A stretch of 64,000 nucleotides of DNA from Rebecca billardiae RCC1528. Its lineage: Eukaryota > Protista > Haptophyta. Each line of letters starts with the position of its first letter. The first letter of the stretch is position 1. This document shows, in pieces, positions 45,386 to 57,562 of the stretch. The stretch is taken from assembly GCA_965240325.2 (NCBI GenBank), contig OZ251222.1, forward strand, positions 248,001 through 312,000. Direction: 5' to 3'. The notes under the pieces are model-generated. The model ran no database searches, was not told the DNA's origin, and saw only the letters and a program-made list of their open reading frames with translations. The position numbers and the translations under genes were made by a program.

Positions 45386-47137
45386 ATGGCGGCGAGCATG
45401 CACCGCCGCGCCGGCGGTGCGAGGGCGCATCCCGCTCGATCGCCCGCTCGCCGCCACGCGCGCGTCGCCCTCGCGCTCGCACTTCTCGCCGCCGTCGACG
45501 GTGTCGCGCTCGCGCCCGCCCGCCGCTGGCGGCTGTACACGTACGACGTGCCGCTCGAGGCGCTTGGCGTGCCCGCGCCCGCCGCCGAGCGCTACCGCGC
45601 GCGCGTGCGCGAGGGGCCGACGCGCGCGCCGTGGGACGTGGGTGGCGTCGCGCAATCGCTCGCGCGCGAGCTGCCGCGCGTGATGCCCGCGTGGGCCCCG
45701 CCGCGCCCTCCGCGGCCGGGCGTCAGCTGGTCCGACCCCGGGCGGGTGCTGTACTTCCTGCCGGTCGCGCCGTTCGTGCTGTGCATGAGCACAGCAGAGC
45801 ACCGCAACGCCTCGTTCGTCGACACGAACGGGATGGCAAAGGGCATGTTCCCGTGGCTCACGGGCCACCTCGCCATGGGCGCCGCCTCCAAGCGCTGCGA
45901 GCTCGACGCGCGCCGGCTCTGCCCCGCGTACGCGGCCGTTCTGGAGTGGCTGGTGGCGCAGCCGAGCTGGGCGGGGCGCGAGCACCTGCACGTGGTGCCC
46001 GCCTCCTTCTCGGCGGACGTGCCGCGCGCGGCGTTCGCGTGCGCCGAGCGCCGCGCCATCCCCGAGGCGCAGCGCCCCGTGCTCGCGCGCCTCGCCCGCT
46101 CCATCCTCCTGTCGATGGAGGGCCGCACGTGGGCGTGGCGCGCGGACGTGGCCGCGGGCCGGCTGGTGCATCTGCCCTACTACGTGCCGCCCGAGCACTA
46201 CCTGCTCTCCGCGCGCGCAGAGGAGCTGCCCTCGCGCAAGCCCTCGCGCGTCGCGCTGGTGACGGTGCAGCCCAAGGCGTGCCATCGCTTCGACGACCCG
46301 ACGCGGCCAGACGCGCTCCACTGCGCCACCTCCGCCGCCGCCCTTGCCGCGATCGACAAAGGGCTCGGCACGCCGCCCGCGGACGTGCCGCCCGCCGACG
46401 TGCGCGCCGCGCTCGCGCTCGCCGTCAAGCACGCGACCACCGGCCGCCCCGTGCACTATGGCCTGCGCAACATGCTGCGCAAGCCGAGCGCGGCGGTCGC
46501 CTCCTTCGGCGCAGAGTACCGCCGCGCCACGTTCACGCTCGTCCCACCGGGCGACACGCTCACCTCCTCGCGCATACACGGCGCACTCGCCGCGCTCTCG
46601 ATCCCGGTGTTCCTCGTGCCGCTCGGCGTGCTGCCGTTCCGGCACACCGTGCCGTGGGAGGCGCTCTCCGTGCAGCTCTCGCCCGCCGCCGTCCTGAAGT
46701 ACGCCGCCGAGTGGGAGCGTCTCGGCGGCGGCGGCGGCGGCGGGGCCCACGGCACGGGCGCAGAGGCCTGCGGGGGAGAGCGGCTGGAGAGCGAGTGCGC
46801 GCGCGCGCGCGCGCTGCACCTCGAGCGGCACAACCCGCTCCGCGCCCTCGAGCGCCTCGAGCGCGAGGCACCGGAGCGCGTGGCGCGCATGCAGTCGCTG
46901 CTCGCGCGCCACCGCTGGAGCGTGCTGTACCACAACGGCTCGGAGGCGCTCAAAGCCGTCGTGCCGTTCGACGAGGCGGACGCCGAGGCGCGTGGCGGCG
47001 TGCCGCCGAGCGAGTGGCCCTCCGCAGCGAGGAGCCTCGCCGCCGAGCTCGTGATCGCTGGCGAGCGCCGGCTGCGCACGCACGCCGATGACGGCGCCAT
47101 GCATCAGCCCAAGGCGGCGCCGGGCGCGGTGCGCTGA
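45386..47137 (+). CDS. Exostosin family (GT47) glycosyltransferase
   Basis: N-terminal TM anchor, LYTYDVP, WAGREHLHV and ATFTLVPPGDTLTSSRIHGALAALSIPV...LPF...PW. Confidence 0.85.
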   Translation: MAASMHRRAGGARAHPARSPARRHARVALALALLAAVDGVALAPARRWRLYTYDVPLEALGVPAPAAERYRARVREGPTRAPWDVGGVAQSLARELPRVMPAWAPPRPPRPGVSWSDPGRVLYFLPVAPFVLCMSTAEHRNASFVDTNGMAKGMFPWLTGHLAMGAASKRCELDARRLCPAYAAVLEWLVAQPSWAGREHLHVVPASFSADVPRAAFACAERRAIPEAQRPVLARLARSILLSMEGRTWAWRADVAAGRLVHLPYYVPPEHYLLSARAEELPSRKPSRVALVTVQPKACHRFDDPTRPDALHCATSAAALAAIDKGLGTPPADVPPADVRAALALAVKHATTGRPVHYGLRNMLRKPSAAVASFGAEYRRATFTLVPPGDTLTSSRIHGALAALSIPVFLVPLGVLPFRHTVPWEALSVQLSPAAVLKYAAEWERLGGGGGGGAHGTGAEACGGERLESECARARALHLERHNPLRALERLEREAPERVARMQSLLARHRWSVLYHNGSEALKAVVPFDEADAEARGGVPPSEWPSAARSLAAELVIAGERRLRTHADDGAMHQPKAAPGAVR

Positions 47138-47319
47138 TGAAGAGTGCTATCATTGCTAGCCTACGATGCCATTCTTCACAATACTATCAGCACAACTTCG
47201 TCAACGTCCTCGATATCAAATAAGTTGTAAGCTACTATAGGAACGTAACGTCTACTGTAATCAAATCAGCTCCTACTTACTTACATGACGATTCATCAAA
47301 GTGAGATCGATCGAATATC

Positions 47320-48255
47320 ATGTCGTCCGACGACCTGGTGGAGGGCCTGGATGTCGGCGCGTACCTCCGACGGATCGGCATCGCGACGCCGGCCGTCGAC
47401 CTCGCTCCCACCGCCGAGACCCTGCAGCTGATCTCGCGGCACCACCTGACGAGCATCCCGTTTGAAAACCTCGATCTGTTCGCGGGCATCCCCGTCGAGG
47501 TGGGCCACGTGGACGCGCCGTGGCGGAAAATTGTTGTGGCCGGGCGCGGCGGCTGGTGCCACGAGCATGCGCTGGTAGTGGATCACGTGTTCCGGCAGCT
47601 TGGGTATACGTGCAAGCTGGTCACCGGCCAAGTCAATCCCCACGGACGCCAGACCACGCCGCCCGGCACGCACGCTCTGGTGATCGTGAGTGGGGGCGGG
47701 CTGGGTAGTCACGAGTATGCAGTCGACCTCGGCTTCCCCGACGCTGCGCTCCAGTCCCTGCGCGTCGACGCCGCGATGCACGACGTCGTGCAGACCAGCA
47801 GCACGGGCAGGGAGTTTCGCGTGAGCGTCGAGCGCGACGAGGCCGCCGGCCAAGACTGGCTGAACCGCTGGGCGCGCGCCCCCGGTGCGGAGGGCGAGTG
47901 GGCGGTGTCGTGGCGCATGCCAGCTGGCGCCGAGCCCGACCACGCACTGTACGTGGAGGGCAACGTGTGGGTGCAGCACTCCGAGGTGTCGCCATTCCGG
48001 AGGGGCTTGCTCATCACCAAGCCGTTGGAGGACGGTGGCAGGCTCACACTCTCGGGACTGCGCATCATTCGCACGAGCGCCCCCAGCCCCTCTGACGCCG
48101 GGCCGCCGGCCAAGACGACGGAGGAGGTGGCGCGGCCGGAGATCGTGCGCATGCTGCGGGACGAGTTTGGAATCGACTGGCCGGACTTGTTCGAGCGCGC
48201 GGATGCGGCCAACGCGCCGTCCACAGCGAGCCCCATCGAAGGGTTCTGCCGTTGA
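47320..48255 (+). CDS. nat: Arylamine N-acetyltransferase
   Basis: YLRRIG, IPFENLD, RGGWC (catalytic Cys), THALVIV (His) and VDLGF (Asp). Intronless. Confidence 0.9.
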   Translation: MSSDDLVEGLDVGAYLRRIGIATPAVDLAPTAETLQLISRHHLTSIPFENLDLFAGIPVEVGHVDAPWRKIVVAGRGGWCHEHALVVDHVFRQLGYTCKLVTGQVNPHGRQTTPPGTHALVIVSGGGLGSHEYAVDLGFPDAALQSLRVDAAMHDVVQTSSTGREFRVSVERDEAAGQDWLNRWARAPGAEGEWAVSWRMPAGAEPDHALYVEGNVWVQHSEVSPFRRGLLITKPLEDGGRLTLSGLRIIRTSAPSPSDAGPPAKTTEEVARPEIVRMLRDEFGIDWPDLFERADAANAPSTASPIEGFCR

Positions 48256-48629
48256 TGATCACTGCCGAGCCGCCGATGCCGCGGATGCGGCGGATGCCCA
48301 CGGCTGCGGCCCGTGTGACCATGCAGTGCCTCCCCAACTTCTCCGTGCAGCCCCGAGATGTCGCGGGCTCTGCGCGCGATCCATGGCAATCTGGTGAGGT
48401 GGGGCGCCGACTCGCGCAGCAGTGTGCCCTTCGATTGACGAGTTCGTCGTGTCATCCGGGCGAGTACGACGGCGGCTTCAGTCAATCTGAAAACGTGACT
48501 GGCTACTGACTCAGTACGAGTGCGCCAACGAGTCCTTCAGAGTTCAGTACTCCTTGAAGCGGCCCGCATGACCGGCTTGCTGTTACATATCAGCTTCGGA
48601 ACTGATATATGAACTATACCGTTTGTAAC

Positions 48630-48630
<1 letters not shown>

Positions 48631-48660
<30 letters not shown>

Positions 48661-48680
48661 GGACTCACAGAGAGAGAGAG
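48631..48680. repeat. (AG)n microsatellite followed by an AT-rich tract (48697-48740)
   Basis: Two AG runs read directly from the sequence. Confidence 0.9.
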
Positions 48681-49463
48681 TTATAGTACGACGTATCATT
48701 ATAATTATTATTATAATAAATAAAATTATTTAATCATTATTCGAGCCGAGAGCCCGTTTCAAGAGACAAAGCAGTCGTCCGACTCCGAGCAGATCGGCCA
48801 CGGAGCAGAAGACAGACGTCGCGAAGTGCCATCCGAGAACCGACTGTACTTACCGTGAACTGATGCGATAACTACGTTACTACGACCGCAGGCTCGTGGC
48901 AGCTGACTAATCTACAGCCGGACCGCGAGGCCCAGCCGTATCCGGTCCAGCGGCCCGGGGCGCCCGGGAGCTGCGTCCGGGGCGCACTCTGAGGCATGAA
49001 TGTTGAAACTGCCGCCGCGTACGTACGCGCGCACTCGGCACGCGGCACGCGGCAACAGGCGCCCGGTCGCCACACAAAGATGTGGCTCTGAGAGTACGGA
49101 TCGAACTCGAGTAGGATCGTAGCAGAGACAGGTACGGAGACGAGGCACACGGAGACTAAGATACCGGTTACTCGTTAACAGTGATACTCGAGACTGAATC
49201 GGTCTGATCACTGATGGCCCGTCGCGGGCCCGCTCGCCGGCCGCGCGAGTCAGAACCCTCCCGATCATGCTCCTCAGAGCCGCCCGGATGCCACCACTTG
49301 CCGCCAGCATCATCAGTGAGTGCTGAGCTTAATACTTGATGAAAACGTCAATAATAAACTAGAAAACTACCGGCACTAGCACTACCGCGCCGATAGGCTC
49401 GGATGCTACGGGGTACGGGCGCTCCGTCGGCGCGGGCAGTTGGCCGCCGCTGCCATTGGCACC

Positions 49464-50114
49464 CTAGCTGACATCAGCGGGCACGTCCGCAGGCTTCCCC
49501 ACGGAGAGCGCGATCGCGGCCAGCTCAGCGGCGAACGTATTGCGATGCGTCCGCGCCTTCGAGCGCATCGCTGCGACCGCCTCGAAGGCGGCCGCGAGCG
49601 ACTCGACCTCTGTGTGGAGTAGCAGGTAGGCGATCAGCCCGGCTGGCCCTCGGTTGATGCCCTGGTGGCAGTGCACCCAGACGCCCTTCCCTTCGGCACG
49701 CGCGTGCGCGATCCGCGCTGCAGATTTGCTCAGATGGCGCACGTTGCGCTCAAAGTCACCGCCGCGCCTGTCGCGCAGGTTGCCCTCTCCGTCTTGCAGT
49801 CGGAATATGTGCGACCCCTCCTTCTCGGCGACAAAGGACGCGTCGTCGAGGCGGCAGTCCACCTCGACGGAATCCTCCGCCTCGACGGGCTTGTCGTCCA
49901 CGCCGCTCAGCCAGATCTGCGCCAGCGGGTCGCCCCCTGTGTGCATTGGCGGAGGCGCGTCGGCGAGCACCGCGCCGTCGTGCAGGCGGCGCCCGGTCGT
50001 GGACGCAAACTTGATCGGCGAGAGCTCGCGGCCTTCGGACGGGTTGGATGGCGCAGATCCACGCGCCTGACGCTCGGCGGCGAGCTGCCGCAGGAGCGCG
50101 TTCGAGTCCTCCAT
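49464..50114 (-). CDS. Small dual-specificity/PTP-like phosphatase
   Basis: VWVHCHQGINRG (HCX5R), LIAYLL and AFEAVAAMR...NTFAAEL. Confidence 0.85.
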   Translation of the reverse strand: MEDSNALLRQLAAERQARGSAPSNPSEGRELSPIKFASTTGRRLHDGAVLADAPPPMHTGGDPLAQIWLSGVDDKPVEAEDSVEVDCRLDDASFVAEKEGSHIFRLQDGEGNLRDRRGGDFERNVRHLSKSAARIAHARAEGKGVWVHCHQGINRGPAGLIAYLLLHTEVESLAAAFEAVAAMRSKARTHRNTFAAELAAIALSVGKPADVPADVS

Positions 50115-50403
50115 CGCGGTGACGACGACACGGCGGTCGGCCGCCTTAGCCTGGACGCTCGCCGGCGGCGGCGGCGGCGGCGAAAGCGGGTCGCGGGTAA
50201 ATACCTGATGTAAAGTGAACGCGCGACGGCGCAGTACGATTTCACTTATTTCGTCAACCGCCTATTGGTGGCAATTACGGTACTATGGGGGGGTACGCTA
50301 TCTACGCGACAGTCGGTATTTCCGGCGCTGCTACGAACCGTCACGCCGGGCCCTCGCCTCCGCGAATGCAACTTGCAGTGTGCAGCACAGGCCGACGGTG
50401 CGC

Positions 50404-51874
50404 TCACACGTGCAGCTGCCGGCACTGCGCACTCGTCGCCTCGCCAGGGCAGTACGGGCATTTGAAGCGCGCCGTGCGGCAGCCGCGCGAGAGCTTGCTG
50501 ATCGACGCGCGGCCGAGCACATGCCCGCACGGCAGCATCATCGGCGGGTTGCCCGCCGAGCACTGCTCGCGCGAGACGGGGCATGCGAAGACGGAGTGGA
50601 AGGCGTACTCGCGCGGCAGCTCGAGCTCCACGGGGAGCCGCTCCGCCGAGGCGAACGTGCGCGGCGCGCGGCTCTGCAGCACCCCCGCCACCTTGGTGAG
50701 CGTCGGCAGCGCGAGCGCGCCCGCGCCCAGCGCCGTGCGCACGTGCGACTGCGGCGCGAGCCCGTGCAGCGCGAGGAAGTCCGCCGTGAGCGTGCGCACC
50801 GCCTCGTCCCAGTGCTCGGCGTGCAGCACCGACGCGTACGGCGACGACTCTAGCCGCCCCGCGTACAGCAGCGCGCCCATCAGCTGCTGCACCTGCGCGT
50901 GGTCGGCGGGCGCGCGCGCGCACGGCGCGAGGTGCGCGCGAGAGTAGGCGATGGCCTTGCCCACCGCGGCCGCGCCGCCCTCGCGCAGCATGCTGAGGTA
51001 GTGCAGGCGGTGCAGCGCGAAGCGCAGGTTCGACGAGCGCTCCGCGAGCGCCTCCGCGTTCGCCTCGGCCCACGCCAGCGCCGGCCCCACCTCCCGCGCG
51101 CGCACGGCGCCCACGAGCGCATCAAGGCCCTCGTGCGCATCGTACGCACTGGCCGCGTGCTCGAGGTGCGCCTCTTGCGCGAGGCGGCGCGCGGCCTCGA
51201 ACTGGCCGCATGCGTACAGGTGCTGCAGGATAGCTCGGTTCAATGCCGGCGCCGCGCTCTCGTCCAAACCGCCCCCGAGAAGGCGCAGCACGCTCTGCCC
51301 GTCGGCAGCCATGGACTGGCGGCGGCGCGGCGCGGCGCGCAAACGCGCGCGGAGGCGCGTCACGGCGCGTGCAGCGCGTGGGACGGGCTGGCGAGGGAGT
51401 GCTCGTGCACGCGCTGGCGTACCTTGTCGATGCTGCGGCAGAACTTGGCGTGGACCGCCTGCACCTCGCGGTGGTGCGCACTCACCACCGCGGGCGCATC
51501 GAGCTGGCGAGCAAGCCCATCGGCGCACCGGGGCGGACAGCAGGCGCGCGGCTGCGATGAGGCTCTCGGCCCGACGGGCGCAGGTGTGCGCGGGTCGAGG
51601 CACATGCGGCGTGTCAGCCTGCCCCTCCGCCGCGCGTGGTTGCGGCAGCGCGCACCTGCATCACGCGCTCAGCCATCGCCGCGACTGTGGCGCGCACGTC
51701 ATCGCTATCGCTGCCGCCGGCCTCGTCGAGCGCATCGCGGCAGCGCACGAGCTCGGCGATGACCTTGTCGATGAGATCGTTTGTCGGATCCAAGCGCGGC
51801 TTCTTTACCCGATCGAAGTCCTTCAGCACGCCGGACAGCGCCCCGGACGACGCAGGCGCGCCGGCGCCGCTCAT
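50404..51874 (-). CDS. RMND5: GID/CTLH E3 ligase RING subunit RMND5/GID2, join(51656..51874,51423..51503,50404..51315)
   Basis: LisH/CTLH/CRA (LNRAILQHL, ALAWA, SNLRFALHRLHYL) and the RING FHSVFACPVSREQ..NPPMMLPCGHV...FKCPYCP. Two phase-0 introns. Confidence 0.9.
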
Positions 51875-52420
51875 GATTTGCGCCCGCCGGGCGGCCGCTC
51901 GCCTATCGACCTGTACGTCAGCCCGGCCGGCCGTGCAGCCGTGTCGGTCTGCTCTGGACGACAATGGCTGCCGCGCCCCCGTCAACTATCAAGGCGATGG
52001 CGGTCACTCGCACACAAGCCAGCCAGTGTTACCACTGACCGTCCCGATGACGCCGCTGACTGACAGTATAGCCGCAACAGAGCAGACGACGACCCGTCGC
52101 ATATGAATCGCGGCGAACCGCGCGTAAACGAGTACCCAGTGACGACCTTATTTTGGGCAGCGCCAGCGGCGGTCAGACTGTCACTGACGCGGCCCGAGTG
52201 AATCGCCAATCGGAGCTGCGAGCGCGCGCATGCGGCATGGCCGCGGCCGTCGGCGTCGGGGCAGGGTGCGGATGGCGGCCAATATCATCACTGCGCTGCC
52301 CTCTCCTCGTCCCACGCAGGACCTCGCGCAAAGGCTCAAGCCCCGCGGCGGGCGTGAGTGCCTGTGACGCCCAGCACGAGTCCTGACCGCCACCGGACTG
52401 CCGCCCTTAGCAGCACGCGC

Positions 52421-52504
52421 TCAGACCTCCTGCACCTCACCACTCCGGTGGGCGTTCCCCGCGAACGGATTGCTCTGAGCGCTGCTCGCGGCTGATGGGC
52501 CGAA

Positions 52505-52545
<41 letters not shown>

Positions 52546-53250
52546 TGCCGTCCGGCCGGAACGGGTTGTCCCCGGCAGGACCGAGCCCGGTCGGAGGCTT
52601 GATCTCGGCCGCGGCGCCCGCCTCCTGTTGTGCGCCCTCGCACATGAGCGCAAAGACGATGTGGAAGCCGCCGACGGCCATGGAGATGGATGCGATGAAG
52701 ATGTGATACCATTCGTCGTCCAGCACCTGCGTGCCCACGCTGCGATTCAACAGAGCCGGACGCGGGCGCCAGGGGGGCGTCAATCCGCGGAGCCGCCGCT
52801 GCGAGCGCAGCCGGTGTCGCCGAGCGAGGCGCGATGTTGCGGCGCGCGCGCCGCACTAGAGAAAGAAGATACCCCGGCCGATGTCCGTGGTGAGGAAGGA
52901 CAGGTACGAGAGCAGGCTCTTGGTGAAGTCCATGTCGAACTCGGCGACGATCATCAGCAAGCCAAAAACGCTGCGCGGAGGGCGCATGCGATGGAGCTGT
53001 CAGCGCGCTGCGAGTTGCGACGCGCCACCGACGGCTGAGGCGGGCGGTGGCCCGTCTGCGGGGTCGAGCGCCGCATGCGGATGCCGCGTGTCGCGCAGGC
53101 GCACAGATTCCACAAGCGCGTGATGAACGAAGACATGCTCCCCCATCGGTGCTCGATGAAGACCCACAGGCTGAGCGTGATCACGGCCACACCGGTGAGC
53201 ACGCCAAACACGCGGAGCGTGTGGCGCCACTGCGGGCACTGGATCCCCAT
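52421..53250 (-). CDS. TVP15/COPI-associated Golgi membrane protein, join(53105..53250,52857..52970,52421..52739)
   Basis: The spliced product has ~4 TM segments with VFGLLMIVAE and FL...GRGIFFLYVG. The middle exon is absent from the ORF track. Two phase-2 introns. Confidence 0.75.
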
Positions 53251-53641
53251 CGCAGATGAGGCCGCACACGCTCTCGCCGCACCAGCTCGAGCGTGCTCAA
53301 CCCGGCGCTCGGCCGCTCACACCTCGGCGGAAGTTCAGGACCAGCCCGTCCGCCGCCGCCCTGCTGGAGACGGCTCTTTTTTGTTTTATTATTAAAGAAT
53401 TGCAGCTTGAGCATGCATGGAGCGGCGGGACATGGGCAACGTGGCACCCTGGCCTGCGCATCAACTGCACTGTTCGACGATGCAGTGGCACCTGTGACGG
53501 TGCTACTGCAGCCTGCGTTCTCCCTGCGGCTGGGACAGCGACAGCTGCTCGCAGCCGCCCAATCATAATAACCGCCTGGCGGATCTCCCGCCAGGGCGCA
53601 ACAACTTCCAACAGCAACTCGACAGCCTCGGCGCTGAACGT

Positions 53642-55341
53642 TCAGCGCATAGCGATCACGCCCGCCCGCCCTGATGATGCGCCTTTCTCCGCGGCGCTGA
53701 CGCGAGCTCGGATGCGATCGGTCGCGCGCTGCTGCGCGTAGCGCGGCGCCGCCCCGTCGGCGGGCGCAGCCGGGGCTGCTCCTGACAGGCGGGGCACGCG
53801 CATGCCGTGGCTGTCGCGCGGCGGCGTCGCGCCCGCGCCTTCAGCTCGCGCGCCCACCGCCCGCCGTGCAGCACGCGCGCCGCCCTCGCGCACCGGCGTC
53901 GGCTCGGAGCGCTGACTCCAGGCCCCGGCGCTGCCGCCGTGCGCGCCGCCGGTGCCGCCGCCGCCGTGCGCCGCGCCGCGCTCACTCTGTGCCCCCGGGG
54001 GCGCCTCGGCCAGCTGGTCCGTCGTCGAGTACTGCAGCACAGGCGAGGGGCGCATGTGCGCGGGCGCGGCGCACGCGCTCGCGCGCGCGGCGAGCCGCGA
54101 GGCGGCAGAGGCGACGCTGGCGCCCGCCGCGCCGGCGGCCGCTACCGGGGACCGGCGCGGTGCGGAGCGCGCGGCCGCCGCCGGGCCGTGCGGCGATGCG
54201 GCAATGCTGCCGCCGCCGCGCTCGGCGGGCGGCGACGGCGCGAGCGATGCAGCGCGCGACGACGCGGGTGTGCGCGCCGCCGAGCCGCCGCCTCCGCCCG
54301 CCTCCGGCGGCGGTGAGATCGACGGTGGCCGCGGCGGCGTCGCGAGCGGCGGCGTCGCCGCGCCAGAGCCAGGCGGCCCGGGCGGCCCGGCCGCGCCCGC
54401 GCCACGCTCGTGCAGCCTCGCGTACGGCCCCGCGTGCCAGGCCCACGGCAGCGCGCTGCGCCGCACGCCGTGCGCGCGGGCGGCGCGGACGGGTGGCGCG
54501 GGTGCGGGCTGCTTCGAGCCCGCGCCGGCCTCGCCCGCCACGGCGTCGCCACCGGCCGCGCCGGCAGCAGCCCCGGCGCCGCCGGCCGCGCCGCCCTTGG
54601 CCGCGCCCGCCGCCTCGGCCGCGCCGCGTGCGCGCGCGCGGCAGCAGCGCGTGCGCGCCGCCTGCAGCGCGCACAGGCAGACGAGGGCCACGAGCCCGAG
54701 CCGGATCGAGTACACGACTGCCGGGCTCACCTCGCCGTCCTCGCCGTCCGCGCCGCCCTCTCGGCGGCCGCCAAAGAGCCGGCTGCCCAGCCGGCCGATC
54801 CCAGGGCCGCCGCGCCGCGGCTCGGCCGGCGAGATGCGCACGCTGAAGCGCGCCTCGGTGCCGAGCTCGGTCGGCGCGCCGCCCCCGTGCGCGGCCGGGC
54901 CGAGGGACGTGGCGCGCAGCGAGCACTCGTCCGTGCCCGCGCCGAGCGCGGTGTAGCTCAGCCCGCGGAGCAGCGCGCGCAGCGCGGACGGCGGCGCGCG
55001 CACGGTCATCGCCGCGTCGGAGGAGCCGTCGCCGAGCTCGAAGCTCACCTCCGGACTGCTCAGCACACCCGGACCGCCGAGGGAGAGCACGCCCGCGTCG
55101 CACCGCACGGAGAGGCGCACGGCGAACGCGTCGCCGTCGTCCGAGGAGAGCTCCACGCCCGAGATCGGCGTGGGCGCGAGCGCGGTCGCGTGCACCGGGT
55201 CGGCGGGCGTGCGCAGGCGCGGCGGGTCGGCGGCGCACGCCACCCTCAGCTCGTGCACCCCGACGGCCGACAGTCCGGGCGGATCGGTCGAGCTGTCGAC
55301 AATCCGGTACAGCAGGGCATCCGGCGGGGCGCCTGCGTCTG

Positions 55342-55374
<33 letters not shown>

Positions 55375-57562
55375 GGGTGTCGGCATCCGTGTCCGCGCCG
55401 CCGCGCGTCGCCGCGCCGCGCGGCCAGTTGCAGCTGTTCGGAGCGGGCGTGTACGCAAGGCGCGCGTCGGCCGGCAGCCGCTGCCCGGCGCGCACGGCCT
55501 GCCCGGCGCTCGCAATCCGGAGAGCGCCGCGCGCGGGCAGCCGGACAATCTCGATCTGGAGATCGAGATCGAGATCGGCGGGCGCGGCGCGCGCGCCGCC
55601 GAGCGTGAGGTCCACGCCTGCCGAGTCCTCGCGCAGCTCGGTGCGCCCGCCCGGCGCCTGCAGCGGGTTGAGCACGCGCACGGACACGCGCGCGTCCGCG
55701 GCCGCGCGCGCGCCCCCGCTGTCCACCAGCCGGAAGCTGAAGCCGTCTGCACACAGCGCGCGCCGACCGTCGCGCGCGGCCGAGCACGCCGCGTCCTCGC
55801 CGCGCGACGAGCGGTGCGGCGCGAAGGTGTACACGACGCAGATCGGCATGCCGGCGGGGCACGGGCCGTCGGCGCCGCCGGGCGGCGCGCTCGCGCCGGG
55901 CCGCGACGCCGGCACGCGCGGCGCGCTCGGCAGCTCCGCCTCCTGCAGCGGCGGCAACAGCTGGCCGGAGCGCCAGACGCGCAGCGTACCGAACACGGGC
56001 AGCCCGGTGATCTCGGCGTGCACCGCGTCGCCCTCGGGGTCGGTGGCGGGGAAGAGCACGGCGGTGGGCGTCTCGCCGAGCGCGTCGAGCGCCGCGCGCG
56101 ACGCTGTCGGCGGGTCGTTCACCGGCGAGACAGCGAGGGCGATGCGCGCGGCCGCGCCGCCGCGCTCGGCGCCGCCTCCGTCGCCCGCGCCCTCGGCGGC
56201 GCCGAGCGCGGCGCCGTACTCGAAGCTGGCGTACGTGCGGAGCTCGCCCTCCGGCGGCAGCGCCTCGCCCGGGCGCATCGGCACGTTCTCCGAGTTGCTG
56301 TCCGGGTCCGGCACGAACCGCACGACGCCGCGCACATCGCCGCCGCCGCGTGCCGCGCCCGAGCGCTGGGCGGCGCGGAGCGCGCTCGCGAGCAGCGCAG
56401 CGCCGGGCGGGCGCAGCACATACGGCAGCTGCGCGGGGTGGATGGGCGTGGGCTCCGTCGCGGCGGCGTCCCACAGCGTGCCCCGCTCGGGCAGCGCGGT
56501 GACGCGCACGACGACCGCCTCCGCCTCCGAGCCGTCCTCCCCGCGCTGCGCCTCGTCGAACGCGAGCGCCGCTCTGAGCGGAATGACGAACCCCTGCTCG
56601 TCCTCGGCGAGCTGCAGCCGCGCGCCCGCGACTGTGGGCGCGGAGCGCGGGAGGAAGGCGCGGAGGTTGGCGCCGACCGCCTCCGGCTCGAGCGCCGCGC
56701 CGTGCAGCGCGAGCAGCAGCACCTCGCCCTCCCACGCCGCGCCGCCCCGCGCCGCCCCGCCCACCTCGAGCCGGTGGTCCGAGCGCCACGCGCTCAGCAG
56801 CGGGTGGATCGGGAACGGCACGGCCAGCTCGTACCCGACGAGCCACAGGGGCACGGTGCTCGGGCTGGCGGGCGGCGAGCGCGCCGGCCGGCGCGTGACG
56901 TACAAGCTCGCGTCGCCCTCCGCGGGCGCGACGAAGACGACGTGCACGGTGTCAGCGGATGCGTCGGCGTCTGCGCGCGCGCCCGCGCCCGCGTCGGCAC
57001 CCGCGCCCGCACCGTCGTCCGCTGGCGGCGCGAGCGCGGCGCGCGCGCTCGCGCGGTAGCAGCCGCGGCCGGTGGGCGTATCGTACGCCGCGGCCGCCTC
57101 GACAATGAGCTCGCCGCCGCGCTGCGCCACGCGCAGCGCCGTCTCGCCGCGCTCGCACTCGGCCGCACCGCCCGCACCCGACGCGCTGCCGAGCCGCACG
57201 ATCGTCGCCTCCGCGTCGGCGGGCGGCGCGGGCGGCGGGCGGATCCAGAGCTCGACGGAGAAGCCGCGTTTCGAATCCGCCAGCGCGCGCACGAGCGCGC
57301 CGCTCGTGGCCTCCGAGCGCAGCGCATGCGTGCGCCCGACGCGCACGCCGACATGTGGCGGGCACATGGCCGCGTCCGCTCGGCCGCCGTCGCTGCCGTG
57401 CGCGAGGAGCCGGCCGAGGAGCGCGGCAGGCCGCTCGTCGGCGAAGGCACCCTGCGCGCAGTCCGACTGGCGGAACGCGTACTCCACCACGCCCGGCCGC
57501 GGCCTGCCCGTGGCCGCGGCGAGTACGCCCCAGCCGCTGAGCAGCAGGAAAGCGGCGGCCAT
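53642..57562 (-). CDS. Type I membrane protein with LamG/ConA-like domain and cadherin-like/Ig (VxPVNDPP) repeats
   Basis: Signal peptide, FSVELWIRP...HVVFV...WEGEV, VSPVNDPP, DPEGDA and FSFRLVD. TM segment IRLGLVALVCLCALQ followed by a Pro/Ala-rich tail. Confidence 0.7.

Noticed and set aside
48586-48611. Small hairpin atatcag-cttcggaa-ctgatat as an ncRNA
   Set aside because: Too short, with no snRNA, snoRNA or tRNA motifs nearby.
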